A stretch of DNA of 49,016 nucleotides. It comes from a candidate division FCPU426 bacterium. GTDB taxonomy: Bacteria > Oederibacteriota > Muellerivitia > Muellerivitales > Muellerivitaceae. The translations under genes and the position numbers were made by a program. The stretch covers positions 1 through 49,016 of the forward strand of contig CAVTWJ010000003.1 of the NCBI GenBank assembly GCA_963738405.1, written 5' to 3'. Position 1 is the stretch's first letter; each line of letters starts with the position of its first letter. Of the stretch, positions 20,455-28,572 are shown one piece after another. The notes below the pieces were generated by a model. The model saw nothing but the letters and a program-made list of their open reading frames with translations. It did not search any database and was not told where the DNA came from.

Positions 20455-20874
20455 TCAATTTTCTTTGGTGTTATGCCTGAAATAGGTCAGAAATTCCGAG
20501 GGCGAGAGAATTTTCACGTTTCGGGACCGTTCTTTGGGGAAATGTCTGGCATTTCCGGTGATCAACACGGCAGCCCCACCTGATAAAGCCACTTCCAGGA
20601 AGGCCTCATCATCAGGATCCGTTAAGGGGTGCGGGAGGGGTTCGGACGCGACGGGAGCCCCGCTCGACAGTATTTGAGCCAACAAGTCATCCACATCCTT
20701 CTTTCGAAAAGGGAATCCGTTCCGGGCTAATACGGACTGGTACTCGGTGAACATTCGCGCGTCGTGTAAGGGGCAGAGCGTGCCGGAGGCGATCATGCGG
20801 ATGATCTCCCCCGAGGGGCCCCAGGGGGTGAGCAAACCCGAAACCAGCACATTCGTGTCAACCACCACCCTCAA
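20455..20874 (-). CDS. PIN-family toxin (VapC-like)
   Basis: MRVVVDTNVLVSGL, DPDDEAFLEVA, LITGNARHF. Confidence 0.9.
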   Translation of the reverse strand: MRVVVDTNVLVSGLLTPWGPSGEIIRMIASGTLCPLHDARMFTEYQSVLARNGFPFRKKDVDDLLAQILSSGAPVASEPLPHPLTDPDDEAFLEVALSGGAAVLITGNARHFPKERSRNVKILSPSEFLTYFRHNTKEN

Positions 20875-21161
20875 CGAGAGCGGCCCTTGCGCGTCTTGTC
20901 GATGATCCGGTTGATGTCCTTCAGGGAAAGCTTGTCTAGTCCGGCCTCCACGGAGGCAGTTTGCATCCTTTCCACCGCCGCGACCGCGCGCGCGCGGCGG
21001 ACGGCCGCCACCGAGTTTTCCACATCGGCGTCCTTGAGGGAAGAAAGAAGCGCCATGGGCTTGCCGTTGTTGGTCAGGATCAAATCCCCTTCTTTCGCCA
21101 AATCTTTCCAGACCTGACCGGATTTTTCCCTAAAGTCCCTGACGGAAATGAATTTAAGCAT
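20871..21161 (-). CDS. Phd/YefM-like antitoxin
   Basis: MLKFISVRDFR..LILTNNGKPMALL; GGAGGG RBS; overlaps the toxin start. Confidence 0.85.
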   Translation of the reverse strand: MLKFISVRDFREKSGQVWKDLAKEGDLILTNNGKPMALLSSLKDADVENSVAAVRRARAVAAVERMQTASVEAGLDKLSLKDINRIIDKTRKGRSR

Positions 21162-21173
21162 GAGTTCCCTCCA

Positions 21174-21198
21174 ATTGTGTACCATTAGTGTACACAAT
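21174..21198. promoter_or_regulatory. TA operator palindrome overlapping the promoter
   Basis: ATTGTGTAC-N7-GTACACAAT, overlapping a TTGAAA..TACACT promoter-like pair on the minus strand. Confidence 0.7.
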
Positions 21199-21399
21199 AT
21201 TTCATCATTTTCAAGACGGCACTGCGTGACACCCCCAAGGTCTATCAGGTTCATATCGGGAAGTACATCGCTGAATAATAAGCAGAGATCAATTTCTTTT
21301 TTTAGTCCTTCACAAAGTGGAAAATGGTGGCCAGATACCTTTTTTTTATTTGCATATCGGGAAATACATCGCCGAATAAAGTCTAAGTCCAAACCGATT

Positions 21400-21509
21400 T
21401 TCACCACCAAGACACAAAGACACCAAGGTAGGCCAAAAAGTTTTGGATTTACGTCTTTTTTCATCCCTGTTTAACGAAGTTCTTGGTGACTTGGTGTCTT
21501 GGTGGTGAA
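21400..21509. repeat. REP/MITE-like palindromic element, copy 4
   Basis: TTCACCACCAAGACACAAAGACACCAAG ... CTTGGTGACTTGGTGTCTTGGTGGTGAA. Confidence 0.85.
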
Positions 21510-21700
21510 TTTTTTTCGCTGTGATTTTTTTAACGGTTCAAAGAAAAGTTTGATTTTTTCTCCGTTTTTGAAATAAGGATCTTTTCGCCAAAGATAAATC
21601 CGCGATTGGTTGCCTGTCACGAAAGTCTTTCCCATTCCTTCCACCTAAATACCCGTAAATGAACTAATCTCTCTCTAGTTGAAAACGAAAGAGGCAAACC

Positions 21701-22069
21701 ATGTCCATGTCGAAAGAAACGGTGAAGGAAAAGATGGAAGACAGGGACACGGTTGTTTTGAATGTCCTTTCCAAATCGGATTACGCGAAAGGCCACATCA
21801 AGGGATCAGATAATGTGCCCTGGAATGAAAGCAATATTGATTTCGTTCAAGCGGTCACGGAGAAATACGGCAAGAAAAAGTTTTTCATCACCTATTGTGC
21901 CGGTTTGACCTGCACCGCGGGTCCCAAAGCCGCCAAGGCTTTGCAGGAAAAGAATTTCAAGGCCACCGAATACGCCGGGGGCATGAAGGAATGGTCTGAA
22001 GCGGGTTACCCGACCGAGGGGACCGAAGAGAAGGACATAACCCCCGCCGTTGCCTCAGCCCTCAAATAG
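21701..22069 (+). CDS. Rhodanese-like domain protein
   Basis: YAKGHIKGS, YCAGLTC, YAGGMKEW. Confidence 0.9.
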   Translation: MSMSKETVKEKMEDRDTVVLNVLSKSDYAKGHIKGSDNVPWNESNIDFVQAVTEKYGKKKFFITYCAGLTCTAGPKAAKALQEKNFKATEYAGGMKEWSEAGYPTEGTEEKDITPAVASALK

Positions 22070-22122
22070 ACCGGTTCGTTTCTAACTGAAGAGGGAAATA
22101 TTGCGAAGGAAGGAGTTATCCC

Positions 22123-22179
22123 ATGGCAAAGAAAGCCAAGAAAACAGCAAAAGGCAAAAAAAGACACGGTTCTCATTAA
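22123..22179 (+). CDS. Putative 18-aa basic peptide MAKKAKKTAKGKKRHGSH
   Basis: Strong AAGGAG RBS 7 nt upstream; lies between the rhodanese stop and the terminator. Confidence 0.55.
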   Translation: MAKKAKKTAKGKKRHGSH

Positions 22180-22204
22180 TATAAGGACGTTAAGAGATTC
22201 AACG

Positions 22205-22234
22205 AAAACCTGAACATCCCGTTCAGGTTTTTTT
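22205..22234 (+). terminator. Intrinsic terminator
   Basis: AAAACCTGAAC-atccc-GTTCAGGTTTTTTT. Confidence 0.85.
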
Positions 22235-22349
22235 ATTTACAGGTATGGTGGATTGGCTCCCCAGCACGTACGACTTGTCCTCCGAAGCTTCTGCACAGGA
22301 GGATTTGCGAATCATCAAATTTCAGGTAATCGGATAATAAAGTTAGTAT

Positions 22350-23108
22350 TTAGTTGGGCTTTTCTAGCCTCTCCTTCAATTCTGTTAAGAGATTTTCATT
22401 TTTTATAAAAGTTTCATCTTTGAAAATCATTTCTTCTAAATCTGGATCATGCCCAATTGCCAAAATTAAATCCTCAATAGGTTGGCCCATACCCATTATT
22501 TCGCCCATCCAAGCTCTTAAATAATAGGAATATCCATAGGTGTTCTCACTTTGAATGGCTTCATTAATCCGATCCCAGCCCGCTTCTGGACTTTTCCTTC
22601 TCCATTCCAAGCGTGCCAACCCGACCAATGCTCGGCCAATTGGGACTTTATCAAACGATGTTGAATTACCATTTTTTGGACCGGGGTATTGTTCATAAAT
22701 ATTTTCCATTTTTTCTACGGTTCCAATTTTATTAATTTCCGCCGCACAATCACATGTTTGCTCAAATACAAAACACCACATCATTGGAGTAAAAGCTTTT
22801 CCGAAATCAAAAAAACTCTTTGGATTCTTTGGTACAAACTTTGATTTGGCTGATAAATAAGGGAGTTGCTCTAGCCCAAAAGAATAACCTTCTTCAAATT
22901 TTTTCAAACGAATCAATTTCCCTAAATGACCAATTGAACCACTACTAGTTTTTCTTAAAAATTTACGAAATGGAAAAGTGAAAACAAAAACCGAATAAAG
23001 AATGATTTTGTTTATCCAAGGCCATTTCTGACCTGTCACAATTAAGAAAAAGGAACTATTTTTAAAGTCTTCTTTAGCTTTTACAGGTTTTGTGTAAGGG
23101 GCAGGCAT
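22350..23108 (-). CDS. AT-rich hypothetical protein with TPR-like C-terminal helices
   Basis: Long AT-rich ORF; likely ATG at 23108; one hydrophobic segment; GYSYYLRAW. Confidence 0.65.
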   Translation of the reverse strand: MPAPYTKPVKAKEDFKNSSFFLIVTGQKWPWINKIILYSVFVFTFPFRKFLRKTSSGSIGHLGKLIRLKKFEEGYSFGLEQLPYLSAKSKFVPKNPKSFFDFGKAFTPMMWCFVFEQTCDCAAEINKIGTVEKMENIYEQYPGPKNGNSTSFDKVPIGRALVGLARLEWRRKSPEAGWDRINEAIQSENTYGYSYYLRAWMGEIMGMGQPIEDLILAIGHDPDLEEMIFKDETFIKNENLLTELKERLEKPN

Positions 23109-23181
23109 ATTAAAAAGGTTTTTCCTTTTAGTGCGAAATTTTACGATGCTCCCCGGGTTGGAATCGAACCTTAATCCCCGC

Positions 23182-24003
23182 TTAATTCCATTTTCCATCT
23201 TTTGGGTTTTCGTTTAGCCGGTAAACCGCGCCGCGGCCAGTTCCTTCTCTGATCAACTTGCCTTCTTCAAGCAGTTTGTTCAGGTTGCGGATCACGGTGC
23301 GCCGGGGACTTCCCAAAACTCCTATAAGCCCGCTGGTTTGAGCTTGGCCCTTTTGGCGGACATAGTCCAACATCTTTTCCGTTAAATCGGAATTGGTAGA
23401 AACCGGCTGATTTGGGGTACTCGGTGTCAGACTTAGCTGTGGGTTTGGGGTTTGAGCAGTGGGGAGGTCGGTATGGAGCCTGGGGGAGTTACCTAAAAAG
23501 GGTACTTTAAATTCTCCCGAATTATTGAGGAACTTCATCAACTTATGCTGAAAAAACCGAAGGCAAACACAGATTACAAATGTTTCATTAACCCAATTTG
23601 GGACCGGAAACCACCCTTGGTAATGTCCGAAGTGGGCTAACCCCCATAAAGCGACCCATAAAGTTATGGCAGATTGGCTATAAAGAGATTCTGGATTAGG
23701 GAAACTGGAGGGAACGTAGGTTTTAGGGCCTTTAAACCAACTTTCCCAAATAATATTTGCACTTAGGGACAAAATGTAAAACCAGAAAGTATTGGAGTTA
23801 GGACCCTGCCCAAGAAAATCCACCCAGCGAGGAGGAGTCTGATAGCCAGGAGGTAGTTGAGCGGTTGAAAGCATGGCCCAAGCTGTTAAACCGGCGTGAA
23901 AGAAGGTGGAAAAATAGATAACTAACCAAAGAAACATGGATATGTCTTCTGTTGTGCTATTGGTTAATTTTTTGTGATCCTCGTCTTGGGTTTCAAATGC
24001 CAT
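23182..24003 (-). CDS. Multi-pass membrane protein with C-terminal winged helix-turn-helix
   Basis: GGAGG RBS; about four hydrophobic helices, a Pro/Thr linker, then SPRRTVIRNLNKLLEEGKLIREGTGRGAVYRL. Confidence 0.8.
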   Translation of the reverse strand: MAFETQDEDHKKLTNSTTEDISMFLWLVIYFSTFFHAGLTAWAMLSTAQLPPGYQTPPRWVDFLGQGPNSNTFWFYILSLSANIIWESWFKGPKTYVPSSFPNPESLYSQSAITLWVALWGLAHFGHYQGWFPVPNWVNETFVICVCLRFFQHKLMKFLNNSGEFKVPFLGNSPRLHTDLPTAQTPNPQLSLTPSTPNQPVSTNSDLTEKMLDYVRQKGQAQTSGLIGVLGSPRRTVIRNLNKLLEEGKLIREGTGRGAVYRLNENPKDGKWN

Positions 24004-24177
24004 ATCAACCTCCCGATAATATCACCGGGTAATAGAACCTTCCCAATTGCCCTATGCAATTGGGACAACCAAGTCCCACCACTTGTTTACCGGACCTTTA
24101 TAACCTTTAGTCCGGTACAGCCAAGTCATGCGCCTCAGCTTGAGGCTTCGGCGCAGGCGTGAGCCTCGTGGTAGGTG

Positions 24178-24436
24178 ATTGTGCCACTATTGTGCCAACC
24201 CCGTTAATCGTGCCACACCGACTAATTGTGCCAGATGCTGACGGTGAAACGATGGCACATTTAAATGGCACAATACCGGTAGATTATTTAAAAAAACGAA
24301 TAATTCAAACGAAAAATAGCCAATTACCGGGGTGGTTAATTGTGCCACTATTGTGCCAAGTCGATGAATTGTGCCAACACCGTTAATTGTGCCGTATCGT
24401 CTAATTGTGCCACTTGGCACGATTAGGTGGCACAAT
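24178..24436. repeat. Array of ATTGTGCCA boxes in two modules
   Basis: Direct copies at 24178, 24189, 24207, 24225 and 24339, 24350, 24368, 24386, 24404; inverted copies at 24253, 24266 and 24415, 24428. Confidence 0.92.
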
Positions 24437-24458
24437 TAATTGACGGGTAAAAGGGCAC

Positions 24459-24490
24459 AAAAAAAGGGCGGGGAAGATTCCCCGCCCTTT
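24459..24490 (-). terminator. Intrinsic terminator
   Basis: AAAGGGCGGGGAA-ga-TTCCCCGCCCTTT with a T-run on the minus strand, downstream of 24513..24839. Confidence 0.85.
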
Positions 24491-24512
24491 AACTAACCAG
24501 CGAAATGTTGAA

Positions 24513-24839
24513 TTAATGTTTATCCTGGTGGATCTGCTCGGAACGAAGGTTTTCCTGGGATTCCAGATTCTTACGATCCGACTTGTCCAGCTTCCCGCCG
24601 TCCTTGGCTAAATCGGCTTTGCGTTCCTGGTTGATATCTTTGCCTTCTTGGGCCAATTGCTTGTGCTCGCCCTTGCTGATTTTGCCGCTCTTCACGCCAT
24701 TTTCAATGCGGCGATGCTGCCTTTTGAGACGGTGTTTGGGGCTCATGCCGGGGTTATGCCCGTTCGCGTCCTGGGCCATGGCCAATCCGGTGGCTCCGAC
24801 GAAAAACAAAGCGCAGAGAACGACTAGTATCTTTTTCAT
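24513..24839 (-). CDS. Small secreted charged helical protein
   Basis: AAGGAG RBS, signal peptide, RQHRRIENGVKSGKISKGE-type motif. Confidence 0.8.
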   Translation of the reverse strand: MKKILVVLCALFFVGATGLAMAQDANGHNPGMSPKHRLKRQHRRIENGVKSGKISKGEHKQLAQEGKDINQERKADLAKDGGKLDKSDRKNLESQENLRSEQIHQDKH

Positions 24840-25019
24840 GATCTTCTCCTTGGGTTTTTCTATCTTCAGTAAGTTGGACGGATGCCGGGTGAGATAAGTT
24901 GCAGGTGAAACTGAATGGGCTTTTGGCCGAAATTGGTGATTTGTGAGGTGAAAACTTGATATATCCGAAAGGCTAAGCCTATCTTCCCTTCAACACACCC
25001 TTGACCCCCGAGGCGCCTC

Positions 25020-26381
25020 ATGGCCCTGTTTGAAAAAACTACCGAAATCCCAGTTCCTGTTGAAGAGCTCTTTAAATGGTACAGCCAACCCGCTGTCTTT
25101 AAGCGGCTGACACCCCCCTTTGAAAAGGTACGGGTTATTGAAAAGACCGGGGGGATTGAAGATGGGGCAAGGGTGGTTTTAGAGGCAGGCCCTTTCCGCC
25201 AAAGGTGGGAGGCCCTGCATAGGGATTATGTGCCGAACCGGCAATTTCGGGATGAGCAGGTGAAGGGGCCTTTTGCTAAGTGGGTCCATACCCATGGGTT
25301 TGAGCCTATATCCCAGGGAACCAGCAAGTTGATTGACCAGTTGGATTATCAATTGCCCATGGGGTTTCTAGGTTCCATAGCGGCGGGCGGATGGATGCGG
25401 AAAAAGCTCAACCGCCTTTTCGCCTTCCGCCACCGTCGGACCCTGAATGATTTGAAAAGAATTTATCCCCATTCCAAACCCCTGCGCATCGTAATGGCTG
25501 GGGCTTCCGGTTTAGTGGGGAGCGAACTGAAAACCTTCCTGTCTTGCGCCGGGCACGATGTGCATAGCCTCGTGCGGCATTTGGCGAACATCGAAAAGGG
25601 TGAAATCTATTGGGACCCAATAAAAAGAGAGATTGATAAGAACCTATTAGAGGGCGCCGACGCAGTGATCCACTTGGGCGGCGAAAATATAGGGGCTTCC
25701 CGATGGACCAAAGAACGAAAGGAAGCTATCCGCCAAAGCCGTGTCCAAAGCACCCGCTTTCTGGCTGAAACCCTGGCTACCCTTAACAACAAACCCAAGG
25801 TCTTTATCGTTTCCTCGGCCATTGGCTTTTACGGCAACCGGGGCGAGGAAGTACTGACCGAAGAAAGCCAACCGGGGAAGGGCTTTTTACCCGAAGCCTG
25901 CGAAGAATGGGAAAGGGCGGCGGATCCGGCTAGGTGGGCGAACCTAAGGGTGGTTCATGTAAGAACAGGAATTGTGTTATCCCTTTCGGGTGGGGCACTG
26001 CCCAAAATGCTTCTGCCTTTCCTGATGGGCGCAGGGGGCATTATCGGTTCGGGTAAACAATGGATGAGCTGGATCGCACTGGAAGACCTGGTGGGTATTT
26101 TTCACGAGTTGCTTTATCGGGAAGACCTATCGGGCCCGGTCAACGCTACGGCCCCTGGAACGGTCACGAACAGGGAATTCACGAAGGTTTTAGGAAAGGT
26201 ACTGCATAGGCCGACCATCGCCCCCTTGCCTGGTTTTGTGGTGAAGCTTCTTTTTGGCGAAATGGGGGAAGCATTGTTACTGGAAGGACAGAATGTTCAA
26301 CCCGCCAAATTATCCAAAGCGGGGTTTGAGTTTTTTTACCCCGAATTGGAACAGGCTCTGCGCTGGCAGTTGGGGCGTTAA
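25020..26381 (+). CDS. TIGR01777-family NAD-dependent epimerase with N-terminal SRPBCC domain
   Basis: FRDEQVKGPFAKWVHTH; AGASGLVG; SSAIGFYG; GPVNATAP; DUF1731-like tail. Confidence 0.9.
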   Translation: MALFEKTTEIPVPVEELFKWYSQPAVFKRLTPPFEKVRVIEKTGGIEDGARVVLEAGPFRQRWEALHRDYVPNRQFRDEQVKGPFAKWVHTHGFEPISQGTSKLIDQLDYQLPMGFLGSIAAGGWMRKKLNRLFAFRHRRTLNDLKRIYPHSKPLRIVMAGASGLVGSELKTFLSCAGHDVHSLVRHLANIEKGEIYWDPIKREIDKNLLEGADAVIHLGGENIGASRWTKERKEAIRQSRVQSTRFLAETLATLNNKPKVFIVSSAIGFYGNRGEEVLTEESQPGKGFLPEACEEWERAADPARWANLRVVHVRTGIVLSLSGGALPKMLLPFLMGAGGIIGSGKQWMSWIALEDLVGIFHELLYREDLSGPVNATAPGTVTNREFTKVLGKVLHRPTIAPLPGFVVKLLFGEMGEALLLEGQNVQPAKLSKAGFEFFYPELEQALRWQLGR

Positions 26382-26481
26382 CGGCTAGTCTTAAGAATAT
26401 ATACAGATCGATGATTGACCCAATTAGTCCCCCGTGGTGAACTATTCAAGATTAAATATTAAGAAGTTCGTTTAGGAAATA

Positions 26482-28572
26482 ATGAAACTTACATTTCCGT
26501 ATCAACCCCGGCTTCTTTTCCTATTGGTATTCATTTCCCTTTCCCTTGCGGCCTATTCACCATTCGACATCATTGTCAAAATCTGGATCTTCGTTTTGGG
26601 AGTTCTTTTCCCGGTCGGCTTGGGTATTTGGGGGATGGTGCATGAAAATGCTCCCTTGGAAGGGGAAACGCCCCCTTGGCGGGAAGAATTTCTTCCTTCG
26701 GTTTCCGGATGGGTTTGGGTCACCGCCGGAATTTTTATCCTTTCGGTTTATCTATATCGAATCACGCAAATTCCCCTTTGGCCCTGCATGGACGATGGTT
26801 TAATCGCCTTTTATTCGATGGAATTAAGCAAGAAATGGGATTGGCGTTTGATTTACGGCTTCTCCCAAGGCGAGCCCCTTTTCTTTTGGCTTTCCGCCCT
26901 GTTTTTTAAATGTTTCGGAAGGTCCCTTGATTCCATGCGCGTTTTCCCGCTCTTACTTTCCTTTCTCACGATGGGTGCCGCTTATTTCGCGGCAAGAAAA
27001 TATCTTTCGCGCTCGGTGTCTTTTTTCATCCTGGTTTTATACGGCTTGAATTATTGGAATCTGCTTGAGTCGCGCCGTTTTGAACGGCCCGATCTTATTT
27101 GTTTTTTTGAATTTTCAGCGCTTTACGCTTTGGCCCAATACCGCGGACAAACTCCCGGGAGAAAATGGATTTTCGGGGTCATCCTCGGGCTTTTATTGGG
27201 ATCGGGCATGTATGTTTACACCGCTTGGCCCGTTTTCGTGGCGGTAATCTTGTTGGCGGTCTGGTTTTTAGATCGTTCGGACGGGGAAAAAACAGGAAAT
27301 GGATTCGCGGCCGCGGTTGGGACCGCTTTCGTTGTGACATTGCCCATGGTTTTTGCCCGTTTGAAAATGGGAGGGCTTACCTACGCGACGGATTTATTGA
27401 GCGACAAAGCTCTTTTTCGATATGTCGGCTCACTATTTTTCAACGGATTTGGGGGAATGCCCCCCGCCTGGGGAGGCGTTCTTAACAGCCTGCTGGGTTC
27501 CTTTTTTTGGATTGGACTTGTGGAAACCCTCAGGTGGCGGAAAAACAAAACGATCCAGTGGATTTATATCACCGGTCTTTTAACTTTTCTGCCGGGAGGG
27601 CTTACCAGCCATGTGGAAATCTTCCGCGTTGGACTTCTTATCCCGTTCCTCATCTTTTTATCCGGTTGGGGGGCGGTGCGATTAATCAAGGATTGCGGCC
27701 CCCAACCTTACCGCCGCTGGGCGGTTTTAACTGCCGTCATTGTTTGTTCCCTAAGCCTTGATCTTTACCATTATTACGGGCCAACCCAAGATCAATATTC
27801 CCTTTCCCCTATCCCGAGCCATTGGGCCTCCATTCAACATTACCGGGCCTATGGGCTTTTGGAATCCCAGGCCGCCCAGGGAAATGGGGTTGAGATCTTG
27901 AATTATTTTGACGGCGCCCAAGAGGATTGGGCCTTCGACCTATTCGCCCAAGACACCAACAGCAAAAAACCGACCCGCGAAGATAAAACCAATCCGCGTG
28001 AGATTGCCCTTATCACCAATAGCAATTACCTGCCGTTCCTTGAAAAAAGATTTCCCGGTTCCCGCTGGCGGGAATTGGGCTCGGACCTTCCGATACAGGA
28101 GGGGGGATTGGCACTGGGAGAGTTGGTTTTCTCCGGGCGGAATAGCGGGATATTGGAATTTTGGCGGGAGGCTGACGCCCAGCTTGAGGACTTGACGGCC
28201 CAGAGCGCTTTTTTAAAGCCGCATGAATCTCCCCAAGCGGTCATCAACCAGCTCTTGGACCGAGAGCACGATTGGAACCAAGACCCTTTCTTGCAGGCCC
28301 AATGCGCTGAAAAAATAGCTGGTTTCGTTCTTCGGGACCCAATGCTTGACCGCCATGCGGCGATCAACTCCCTGAAGAAGGCCCTGGAGCGTTGCCCCGC
28401 GGCGAATCTTTATAACCTTTTGGGACTGTTATGGCTGGAGGTGGATCAGCCCCTCAAGGCAAAGGAGGCTTTCCAATCAGCCCTAAAAGCCCCGGTCAAC
28501 ACCACTTTGGCCGAAACGAATTTACGGAAACTTCAAAATTGGGCCAGAAACAACCATTTCAAAGGGATTTGA
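26482..28572 (+). CDS. GT-C fold (ArnT/PMT-like) membrane glycosyltransferase with C-terminal TPR
   Basis: Many TM helices; DDG after TM3; EPLFFWL..FGRSLDSMR; GSGMYVYTAW. Confidence 0.7.
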   Translation: MKLTFPYQPRLLFLLVFISLSLAAYSPFDIIVKIWIFVLGVLFPVGLGIWGMVHENAPLEGETPPWREEFLPSVSGWVWVTAGIFILSVYLYRITQIPLWPCMDDGLIAFYSMELSKKWDWRLIYGFSQGEPLFFWLSALFFKCFGRSLDSMRVFPLLLSFLTMGAAYFAARKYLSRSVSFFILVLYGLNYWNLLESRRFERPDLICFFEFSALYALAQYRGQTPGRKWIFGVILGLLLGSGMYVYTAWPVFVAVILLAVWFLDRSDGEKTGNGFAAAVGTAFVVTLPMVFARLKMGGLTYATDLLSDKALFRYVGSLFFNGFGGMPPAWGGVLNSLLGSFFWIGLVETLRWRKNKTIQWIYITGLLTFLPGGLTSHVEIFRVGLLIPFLIFLSGWGAVRLIKDCGPQPYRRWAVLTAVIVCSLSLDLYHYYGPTQDQYSLSPIPSHWASIQHYRAYGLLESQAAQGNGVEILNYFDGAQEDWAFDLFAQDTNSKKPTREDKTNPREIALITNSNYLPFLEKRFPGSRWRELGSDLPIQEGGLALGELVFSGRNSGILEFWREADAQLEDLTAQSAFLKPHESPQAVINQLLDREHDWNQDPFLQAQCAEKIAGFVLRDPMLDRHAAINSLKKALERCPAANLYNLLGLLWLEVDQPLKAKEAFQSALKAPVNTTLAETNLRKLQNWARNNHFKGI

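Larger units (their letters stand above)
20392..21379 (+). repeat. Three direct copies of the TPR-gene 3' end (20392-20424, 21246-21278, 21353-21379)
   Basis: CAGGTTCATATCGGGAAGTACATCGCnGAATAA; copy 2 matches 32/33 nt and copy 3 matches 25/27 nt. Confidence 0.92.

Noticed and set aside
21162..21464. N-terminal extension of the antitoxin in the ORF track (likewise yaeQ to 16455)
   Set aside because: The extensions read through repeat arms and promoter DNA; downstream starts fit the family N-termini.
23147..23172. Intact tRNA gene
   Set aside because: Only a T-loop/acceptor-like fragment is present; no D or anticodon arms, and the T-stem pairs poorly.
24178..24436. CRISPR array or sigma54 promoters (TGGCAC)
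   Set aside because: Repeats are 9 bp with 2-9 bp spacers in both orientations, and there are no cas genes. The -12 TTGC element is absent.
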